Below, one piece after another: positions 11,401 through 21,700 of a DNA stretch of 64,000 nt. The stretch is taken from NCBI GenBank assembly GCA_964187785.1, contig OZ076418.1:45322001-45386000 (forward strand), in the 5' to 3' direction. How positions within the stretch are numbered: the first letter of the stretch is position 1; each line of letters opens with the position of its first letter. Under the pieces are notes generated by a model. It was not told the DNA's origin. It did not search any database and was given only the letters and a program-made list of their open reading frames with translations. A program made the position numbers and the translations under genes. The DNA is from Amphiscolops sp. MND2022 (taxonomy: Eukaryota).

Positions 11401-13384
11401 CGACGTATTGGGCACATTTGTGTGCTTTTACTAGTGCATCCAGGTACTCGCAAATTGTGCTGTTGAACGCAGACAAAAACCTATTCAACCCTTGCGCGAG
11501 TCGGAGGTAAGCAAAGGTTCTGCTGCCAAAATTGAATGCCAGGAGTTGTATTGACTGTTCGTCGGCCATTTGAAGGCAGTGGTAAGCTTGCGAACAGTCA
11601 AGCTTGCAAAAGTACTTCTTGCCAGCCATATGCTCCATATGCTGGGCTGCATCGGCAATGGTCGTTACTGGATGGTTGTGTTTGTTGTAGTCATTTTTGA
11701 GGAGGTGGTTGATCCGCCTCAAGTCGACTAATATCCGAAGTTTCCCGTTAGGTTTTCGTTGTGCAAAAATTGGGGAGGAATATTTGCTGTATTGTAACGT
11801 TGTGATGATCCCGTACTCCTGCATCAGTGCGAGTTCAACCAGCAGGTCATCTTTGAGATTGGATGGAGTAGGTAGACTCTGGTCGTACACGGGATCATCG
11901 TGTTTGGGGGTCAGCTTGATTTTGAAAACGGTGTTGATGCCGATATCAAATCGATGTCTAGCAAATATTGTGTGGTATTTGACGAGCAGTTCTTCGATCC
12001 TCTGTTGCTCGTGCTCAGTGAGGATCGAGTCGTCCCAGCTGAAATTTTTGAGGAACGCTTGGCGTTGTTCGTCATCGCATGTCGGGTTGAGTTTTTCAGC
12101 TTCTCGGAGTTTGATGAGTTCGTCGTAGATACGTCTTTCTATTTTATTTAGCTTGTCAGGATTGTCACATGTTTCGGGCGTCGGGTACCATCGTTTATCT
12201 TTTGTGGCACTGTGATCCTGGAACAATTGGTTGATCACGTTAGCCGCTTCATCAGGGAATTTAGTGATCAACGTCAACTGCTCGTTAGTCATTGGCTGGA
12301 TGTTTCTGGCTTGGTTTGGCGTAAGTATTCGGAAGACTGCGATTGTGCTGTTCTGGGGTATTGTAACTGCGTGGTCCATGTGGTTGGTGATTTGGACGTG
12401 TGTCTGTTGGTCCTTGATTTCGGACATTGATGGAGACACTAGCAATTCGGTTTTTCGTTCAAAGGCTGGGAACGCCTCTATTGTGCCTGTCACTGTTCCA
12501 ATGTTCTTGTCCGTTGTAGCAGTCACAAAGATTTGTTGTCCGGGCGAGATGGTTGTTTTTTGGGTTGTTCTGAGTTCCAACATCTGCAGTTTGAATTTCC
12601 CATTTGGCAGTTTTAGTTGGAGGGTTATTTCTGGGAATCGCACAATGTTATTTGCAAGGTCTAGCGTGACAGAGTATTTTTTAAAGAAGGACATTCCGAT
12701 GAGGATGTTTCCCATTGTTGGTAGGATCATGAATGTCTCTTCGAATATTTTTCCTCCAATGAAAAATCGAAGAAGCACTTGTTTTCTCACCGGAACGATG
12801 TTTCCGTTGGCTATTTGGACTTTGAAGTCCGGTGCTGGATATTCTTCCAACTGGGCTGCTGGGTGGGCTTGTAGGATTCGACGTAGTTCGTTCTCAGACA
12901 TCGCGCTCTGGATTGCTCCAGTGTCCAGTAGCCCTTGATTTTCATACTCCCGGAATTGAAGAGGGACGTAGAGAATCTTGTTTCTTCTGTCTAACTGAAG
13001 TGTAGCACTTAATGGTCTGATGTTTGTTGGCTTCGGTTGGTGCCCCTGTTTGGTATTGTCATCCAGTTCGTTCGTCTTTTGTTGTGGGTTTCTGGTTCTG
13101 GCCGGGTTGACACTCTCTCGTTGGTGTGGTCTAGCTGCAGTCTCTTTCGGAATGCAGCCCTTCGTTGTACAATTAGGGTTGTCGTCTATGAGAGGGAGTA
13201 TGTGGTAGTTGTTTGTCGAGACTTTGTGTACATAGTATTTCGTCGATGGTTTAGTCTGTTTGTCAGGACGCTGCCAACATCCTGTCGTTGTAGTTTTCGA
13301 GTAGTAGTGAGTTTGAGTTGGTTTTTTGGTGCGTGCACTTTCTGTTTGGTTGGACTGAGAATGACGTGGCATTACAAGTTTTTT
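8405..13384 (-). pseudogene. pol: Gypsy-1 pol (protease, RT, RNase H, integrase) with two in-frame stops
   Basis: LLDTGA protease; YVDD RT; CDAS..DNKAL..NPAADYLSR RNase H; HGDPMQGH..CIEC zinc finger; integrase EIDLVG, ITDKG, VERSH and GPF. ORFs 9755..13372 and 8405..9511 are one frame broken by TAA at 9755 and 9572. Confidence 0.95.
13378..13384 (-). other. Probable -1 ribosomal frameshift heptamer A AAA AAC (gag to pol)
   Basis: Gag frame TCA AAA AAC TTG TAA; the -1 frame AAA CTT GTA ATG CCA is the pol frame. Canonical X XXY YYZ pattern. Confidence 0.8.
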
Positions 13385-14625
13385 GAATTCGTGTCGAATT
13401 CATCGTTGTAATCCATGTCATAGCAGTCGTTAGTTTCTTCTGGTTGGGTAGTCTGGCTTGTCGCTTGCGTGACTTGGTAGGTTGGTTGATAGTTGTTTTG
13501 CGACTGTTTGAATTCGCGGCGGAATTCTCGGTTTTCATTGGTGGACTGCTTGCCATATGTTACATTTCGGTAAGCCGATGCACCTGGTACCCTGTTTCTG
13601 CAATACCGTGCGGAATGTCCGATCTTGCCACAAATTTGGCATACTAGTTTGGAGTTGTATCGTGGTTTTCAGTTTCTTGTTGTTGGGCATTGTTGTTTCC
13701 AGGTTGGGGACGTTGTTGTGATTTCTTCGTTATTCCGTTGGCTTCGTCCCTGAGGCGTTTACGGCATTCGATCCACTTGTGGCCCAGTATGTTGCAGTAT
13801 CTGCAATTTCCTTCGAATCTTCGTTTGACTTTTCTTGTGGCGTTCTTCTCGGTGTTGTTGTGGTTGGGGGCCGGCTGAGGGTTGTTTTGCTTCGATTGGT
13901 AGTTGTAGACCTGGTTAAGTGGCTGCATGTCTGAGGTGCCAGGGAGCAATTGTGCATATTGGCAACGGCGTTGTACAAACGTCTTGATTTCTTCGACTTC
14001 GGCATCGCGTTTGCCTGCCATGGCAAATTCATTCTGAATCTGGATTGGTAGTTTGGCAAACAAGAATGTTTCGGCTATGTCGTTGGCTTTATCTCCGTAT
14101 GCTTGTTTGGCAAGTTTCTTGTATCTAGTGAGGAAATCGGCAAATGATTCCTTTGTGGGGTCATACCTCATCTGATCGAATTTGTACTTCGATACCTCTT
14201 TGAGGTCTTCCTTCGCATACTCCTTGGTGAAAGCTTGCAGGACGTCTAGGAGTGTCGTTTCTGTCGTGATTTTTAGTGTCTGCCAGAATTCTATGGCTTC
14301 GTCCCTAAGCAGGCTTTGAAAATAGTTTAGTTTCTGCTCTTCTGTTAATTTGTTCGTGTGTGGGCGGAGGTGGTTCTTCAGTAGGTGTTCGAATTCGTTG
14401 TACTTCTCTCGGTTTCCGCGGAAGAAAGGTACTTGAGTTTGGAGGATTTTGGGCTGTATCACTCCGTCGGTCATTGTTGTTCGTAGATTATGTATTTCGG
14501 TCAATACATCATCCATCTGAGGTTCGTTGGTGGGTGGTGCACAATCTCTGTTCTGGTGAATTGGAGGGGTTGGGAGGGTCCTGCGTGGCTGTTGGATATT
14601 TGGAGTCGGACTTGAGTTCGTGGAG

Positions 14626-14638
14626 ACTCCTGTCACCA
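14626..14638 (-). promoter_or_regulatory. Gypsy-1 primer binding site, tRNA-Leu-like
   Basis: TGGTGACAGGAGT directly after the 5' LTR; one mismatch to the tRNA-Leu-type PBS TGGTGTCAGGAGT as recalled. Confidence 0.7.
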
Positions 14639-15575
14639 TGTCAGAACGGGTCACGTTCGTATTAATAACGGTGTTGAGTCCGCTACATTCGGTTGTCGAT
14701 GATGATATTTTCTCAGTAAGGGCTAACCCAATGTTTGTTAATTCACTGATTTGTTTGTTCATCTCCATGAAACGTTGATCGACAGAATTTAAACTGGAAT
14801 TATGTCTAACATCGATTAGATCTCCATTCTCGAATTCATTTATCTGATTTCGTGATAACGTGTTAGGGAAACTATATTCGCTCTCGTTGTCACTATTTTG
14901 TTCCATTCCGCTGGAACACGCTGCATAACTATCTACGTTTTGAGATCTAGTATTGACCATCTTCGAATCTTCGAAAGGAATTGTTGTTTTAAAGGTTTAT
15001 TGATTCAAATTGAAAATATGAATATCAAGTTTTGAGTAAATCAATGAGGTAAGCAACACTACGTCAGGTGATGGTAAATTTTGTACTGATGGTACTTCAA
15101 CTCTTGTCGCAATTTTCACTGCAGCTGGTCACGTGACCGCATTGACCAATAGTATTGCGCTATTGATTAGGTGTTAATTGGTGCGTCCTGCTGGCAGCAA
15201 CGTAAATGGCGTTTAGTACAAAAGGTAGCACCGATATGTTACCATGGTTACATGAATCATCTATTACTTTAGTATTGCGTTGGTTGATACAAAATTGAGT
15301 CTATGATGGTGCACTACCATCGTTATATATGATACTACATTTTACTGATGAAATTAAATATGATGAAAGCACTTGTACGTAGCGTGTAATGAGTAAATGA
15401 TGTCAACGTTTACAATTCGTTTTTATTTTAGGAAGTAATAATGATGATGGGATAGGCCCGTCATTGTTCAATGGTAATTCATGGTTATTGAAATATCAAG
15501 AGTATTACATTTAACTGAGTTTTTTAAATGTTTAGAATGTTTTTTATCAGTTTCGTTCATGCTTCCGGCATGACA
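14639..15575 (-). repeat. Gypsy-1 5' LTR
   Basis: TG..CA 937-bp repeat followed by the PBS; contains TATATAA and AATAAA candidates and the gag ATG. Confidence 0.97.
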
Positions 15576-15719
15576 CTTACACCTTTCAATCTAGTAATAT
15601 CCAAAACGTTTGTTTTTGAGCAAAGCTTGATGTGAGCAAATGCAAAGATAAGATTTAGTTCAGTCGTGTACAAAAACCTATTTCCAGCAGTTTTCACGGA
15701 ACCTTTTGATGTCATTTAG

Positions 15720-18700
15720 AAAATACTTTGTTGGAAGTACAATCTTGCTCTATGGAAGGAAGGTGTTTTCCTTGTGGCGAAATCAAAGACTGGTTCTTTG
15801 GATTTTGGGAATCTGTGAACTGTACAGGGAAGTCACAAGATCTGGTTAATGCTGTTGAGCTGAAATTCAAGGATTCGAACGACCAACTTTCGTCAGCAAG
15901 TGTCTGTGGAATTCGCGTCTTTGGAAGTTAGTTGGTAGCTTCTGAAAACAGTTTCGAAATCAGTTTCTGGAAGGTCTCTGTAGAGTATATTGTGACACCG
16001 TCAAGCATAAACTATGGTAGCAAGAAACTAGAGAAACTTTTTGGTACTACAATGTGACTGCGTGCTAAATGACATTTTCTATTTTTCGTTTGTGTCTGAA
16101 TTTTCGTATTGAACCCGTTTTGTTGATATTTTACCAGGCAGCATTTGTTACTATTCAACATGCTTATTTTATCAAAAACCACCAAACATCGAATCTGATT
16201 AAGTTGACCCAGAATAACTTTTAGAAGCTGTGCCGGAGTTTTTACTAACTTTTAGTTCGTAAGTTCTACAATGCAAAGAATTTAATTCCACCAAACTCAC
16301 TATACTTATACGCATGAGTATACTTATTCACAAACAGGAGGTCAATTTTCAACGTTTTGATGTCTGAGTTTAGTCGCAAATCATGAACAATTGTAAAACT
16401 TAAACAAACATCGTTTTTTGTCAAGGAACAGTGGAACCAATTGGACTCTTTATGGACTTTGACAACGTCTCCAGCGATTCAGTGGAAGTTTCCTGGCAGT
16501 TCAATTCCAATCACGTGAACACCCTCCTAACTGTTGAACCTCCAGATATTCCATCTTTCACATTCTCTGATGGAGAAACTTCCGTGCAACTGACTCAATT
16601 AATCCCTGGGTCTTTTTACAAGGTCTACCTTTTCCCATTTATCGAAGAAAATATGTCGACATCATCCGAACTAGGAGACCCTCTCTCTGTTGTGTTCGAA
16701 ACTCGTCTGGAAAAACCGAGTCTTGTGGTTCTGGGTTCGGATGAAAGCTCGGTTTTTGGAGTGGTAGATGTGAATGGAAGATTCAATCATGCTCATATCC
16801 AGGGATATTGGAACTTTCATGGGTTTTTAGCCATCTGCTGTCGACGTTATAAAGCAATCACAGCCAAGCTAATAAAAACAATTTTCTGAACGAATGATCA
16901 TACTACATGCTTGGAATTACATTGTTTCAAGGTGATGAAACTCCAATTAAAAAGACTTTAATGGAAACAGTTCGATTTAACAGAAATTTTGAACAGCACA
17001 CAAATAAAGAACTATAGAACTATAGTGAATCACAGTAGTTTTATGTACATTTTTCTTTAAAAATAACAGTTCCGTTTCAAAATCCCTGGTGACATTCAGT
17101 TGATTGATTCGTACGAGGAAACTATCGTTTTGTATTTTGGAGATGACTTGGAATGGTCTTTCGAAAACTTGCTTCCAGGCACTACTTATTACGCTCTCAT
17201 TCAAACTTTCTTAGAGACTCAGCAAGCAACATCGGACTTGGTTCAGTTCAAAACTATCCCAAATGCTCCAATTCTCAGAGACCAAATAGTGAACGACATT
17301 GACAGAACAGTTAAGATAAGTTTACAATTCAACGAAAAAATTTCTTATTTCGAGTATTTTATTATTTGCAATGATGTTGAGGCTTTATATGGACCCTTTC
17401 CATCCACTCAACTGTTCGAGTTCATCACAGAAACTGAACACTTTGGATGCCATTTCAAAGCCAGAAGTTTTTACGAAGATGTGCCCAGCAATTGGCTTGA
17501 ATTCGTGATTGGGGTGAGCCTCTTGGAAGCCTTATCAGTGAACCTTGTTGGAAAGAATGAATTCTTTTTCTTCTACAGCGTCAGAGCTGGCAAATGGTCG
17601 CACGTGCATTTTAGTTACGTCACAGAAACCCTTAAAGTAGACACGAGTTGTCCGGCTCCAGCATTATCATGCATGATCGAAGGAAAAGACATTCCAGGCG
17701 TCTACTTGAACTTCACTGTCACAATTTTCCTAGATAGCTTTCCTGGGTTGACTGACTTCATTGTAGCTGGTTTTCCTCCTTATTTGCAACGATCATTTAA
17801 CCCCAAATATAAAACAGTGGATGAACGACCAACAGTAATTCTAAGTTTTATGTTTTTCGGACAGTACGATGAGATTCAGGTCACAACCGAACCGTATGTT
17901 GAAGACTTCAGTTATATCATCAGTAAGCAGTAACTCTTTCTTCGTAAGGATTCAACAAAAGTTCAAATTTTCCTCTCAAAAACTGTAGCTTTGTCATTTT
18001 TATCAAACATCAAAAATTAGAAGTATTGGAGAAAGAAATATCAAAACCGTCTTATTGAAAATTCCTCAATCAAGCAAGGGTTTCAAATAGTGTTCAAATT
18101 TCAGCACCCAATGACGGAAACTGTAGACTACAGGACATACGTTTGGAGATCTTGGTTAACAATTGTGAATTCGTTTTCTCAATTCCTGAACCCGACTATG
18201 TTGCCTACAATTTGGTCTACTCAATTGTTTCCTACGTATCCAACTACCCGCCTCTGCGAATGGCTCTCAGCAATAAAAACGTTGTTTTTCCGTACCCCAA
18301 AGCAAAGATCAAAGATTTCTCGGGTCCACCTACTTCAGGAGAACTGATGAACGTCACTGTTTACTACCCTTATTCTTATGGAATTCAAATCGAAACAAGC
18401 TTGAAACCCCCCTCCGCGAGTGAGACAAGTTCGTTTTTTAATGTTTACTTTTATTACTTGATCAAATAGGGTGTCCGATCATTCCTTTTATTGTTATTAT
18501 CAAGAAACTATTTATTTAAACCCATGCCATTAAAGATCGAAATCATCAAGTCTCCCAATGAACAAGTTATGGATATATATTTTTTCAAAACTTGGACCAT
18601 TCAAAATTTCAAATGATTTTTCGATTCTTTTGGCAAAAAAATTGAAGTCTCTATTCAAATGTTTGTTTGTTTTATATCGCTGAGAATTCAATCAATGTCT

Positions 18701-21700
18701 TTTGTTTTCGCTGAGATAGGATTTTTCAACTTCCTGCCTTGAAGCAACAAAAAGTCAATTATTCAAAAAGATGAAAGCAGTAAAAGACAAACAGCTTCTC
18801 AAATTTCTAAAATGGACAAATGGAAAAGAGACCATTTGAAGCTAACAGCGCCCGGGTCGACCCTCCATAGATATCTTAGTAAGATCTTGCCAAGATCTTG
18901 GAAAAATCTTAGCTAAGATCTTTCCAAGATATTGGCAAGAATTGCAAGATGTCATGGTAAGATCTTATCAAGAGAGCCATGTTTCCAAGAAAACTTTTAT
19001 TGTAAAATCCTATTTCAGAAAAAAATCTGAAAGGTTATCAAGAAAAATCAACAATTCTGCAGATTTATATTGTTAGACATTAAAACTTCTGTTAGCAATG
19101 TATAAAATTCGGTTGATGAGATATTTATTTAGGAACGCTGGTTAATTTATTCTTTTAATTGCATAACTGTCGCCAACAACGGCGTCAGAAAGGCCTTGAG
19201 CTGAATCATTACCAAAATTAGTGCAATGACCGCCGTTTCTAGCAATAAAAAGGCTGCTGAAACACGCTCAAAGAAAGCTGGAAATATGAATTTTACAAAA
19301 ATTTCCGGATTTTAAGCTTTTTCTTTTGTAACTTTCCGATAGTGGGTCTGGACGTTTGAGAGCATATTTCTCCGTCTCTGGAATCGACAGGAGTGATAAA
19401 TTACAAGTTTTGGAAAGCCCTTGAAATGACCTTTCATTTGGTACATTCGCATTTCTCAGTCTTAAACAGGTGAGGACTTATTAGGATTCTCGTCAAAATT
19501 TCGGATGCCAGTATACGTTATCGTAATTTTTCACGCATTTTTGCATGCAAAATTTTTCAGCAGGTTTAAGCAATTTGATTATGAAAACGAGTAGAAATAG
19601 TCGTTGTTGGGTGAAATGAGCCTTTAGATTGAGTCTGGGCTGCTTGTACCGAAGGTATAGTGTTTTTTATAATCTTAAAAGTTTGTCCATCGTGATAAGA
19701 TACGATCTTGGAATAAGTATTATCTTAGTAAGATCTTAATAAGAATCTTGCCATGGTATCCATGGCTGTCAAGATGTAGTAAGAATTTGGCAAGATCTTG
19801 CCAAGACTCTTGGCAAGATCTTGCCAAACTCTTACTACATCTTGGCAGCCATGGATACCATGGCAAGATTCTTATTGTGGCGAGGTTTTCGTAATCTCTA
19901 AATTATTTTTTCTGAAATATAATCTCTGAATTTTCATGAACCTCCAACGTGTTTCAAAATTTCATATTTGCAAGAAGTGATGCCCGCCCGGGTTGACCCT
20001 CTTACTAGCATCTTGGCTGTCGGACACAGTTAATACAACTACAGTTAAAAACAGTGAAAATACATCAAAGCACGCATAAATCCGGCAGACCACACAGCTA
20101 CAAGAAAATTTCTTTTGTTGAAAATCTTTGATGAGCACAGAACACTGGATTGACAAGCGAATTTTTGGTTTTTGTTCATGAATTTGGTTATGGTTCTTAC
20201 ACGCTTTTCAATTTTTACGAGAAGCAAAAGCAAATCTACACTCTGGAATCAGTTTATGTAGCGGATGGTGCTTCGGAGTTTTCTGGGGACCTAGGTGTCA
20301 TTGATATGTTCAAGAGTCTAATATAGGCAGTAAAGGTGTAGATCTTTGTAGAAACCTATTGCTTTCCTTTTAGCCCAGATATTGCCCATTGACGTCGATG
20401 CTCATCCTGACGGCTGGTATAATTTCACCTTCAACATGGAAGCTTTATCCAAAGGCACTTACAGTGTCAATACATTCGCCAAGAACTCCCTCTCGATCCA
20501 TTCATTCGGAGCTATGGAATCTGATGAAACCAGTCAGTTTTGCTTCAGATTAATGGGCATTGTGCTGGGTCCTTTTCAGAAAAAAGTCTCAGGGGGCAGC
20601 ATTTTCTCTGATAGTGGGCGTTTCGAGCTTCAATTGGACAGATTGGCTACCGAGGGTTTCTTCATCTATGACCACCAACTCGGACGGGTTGTGCGATCTT
20701 ACACAAAAGAAACCTTTTCTTCGTTGCTCATCACAACAATAGGGACTCTTAACGGAATGCGGGTATGTGTTCGAAATTTATGTGACAATATGTACACTTT
20801 CTAAAGACCAATAAGCGAAAAATAATGCCGAACTTAAATAATCGCAAACTTTCAGGCAAAGCACTCCCAAACGTTTGATTTGGCCATACAGTTTTTTTTT
20901 GCAAGTTAGTTTTCAAATTTCAAATGCTCTGAAAGGAAGTGCTGTGGTCTGAGGAAAAAACTTGCCAGGGTAAGAGTCGGGCACTTTTTGTTACAATCCA
21001 ACGTAAGATTCCAAAGCACGTGCTTACACCTGCTTCTCAGTTCCACTCATCATGGCGAGAAATCCGCGTTAATTGCTTCCCATGCGCTTGCAGTAGCAAT
21101 TAGAAAAGTACAGTAAGGGGAATTTAACAAAACAAATCTTGTGCTGAAAGTGCTAATTTTCGTTTTCTTCAGAACAAAAAAGTAATAATCGTCGTAAGTG
21201 TTGTTATAACTACGGCATTACGTACTTTATTCACCTATTCACTTTTTGTCTATATCTATATAAACGTGTCTAGCCAATCAATTTACGTTCCGATGTACAC
21301 TTTGTCTATCAAATTGGCCAGTAGAATGGTAAAGCACGTCTGACTTATAACTCCATCAGATGGTTAATAAAGTTGTTCTCTCTAGACCTAATATCTGCAG
21401 CTGTCAGAGTCTTCTTAAAGCACTTCAAAACCACCCATCTCTGTCTAAAATAGCATTTAACATTAAAAGAATATAACAACAAAAAAAAGTACTTCAGTGT
21501 TTTGCTTTCTTTTGTTCACAGGCCGATGGCACCATGAAAACTCTCCTGAAGAGAGAAAATGGTATTGCCACAGTTGTGCTGGGAGACGCAGGAACTCTGC
21601 AGTTTAGTGACTCTGATGGGTGTCCCCTGCAGACTACAAAATACGGGTGTAAGTTCAAAAAAATATCAAAGTTATCCTTCGGTGTTATCATCCGCTTCTC

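Larger units (their letters stand above)
13372..14960 (-). pseudogene. gag: Gypsy-1 gag, one frameshift near 13665
   Basis: 438-aa ORF has CRYCNILGHKWIEC. A second knuckle CQICGKIGHSARYC follows in another frame, which runs to TAA at 13372..13374. Confidence 0.9.
28..15575 (-). mobile_element. Gypsy-1: full-length Ty3/Gypsy LTR retrotransposon, 15.5 kb
   Basis: Two 937-bp TG..CA LTRs; 5-bp TSD CTTAC at 23..27 and 15576..15580; PBS, PPT, gag with CCHC knuckles and pol in PR-RT-RH-IN order on the minus strand. Confidence 0.97.

Noticed and set aside
10415-13411. Plus-strand ORFs overlapping Gypsy-1 pol (and similar shadows over Gypsy-2 and BEL)
   Set aside because: Antisense shadows of long ORFs with biased codon use; no splice or domain support, unlike 1988..6280.
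20135-20340. Additional host exon
   Set aside because: Contains an in-frame TAG and has incompatible phase; flanking exons 18419/20374 already join in phase.
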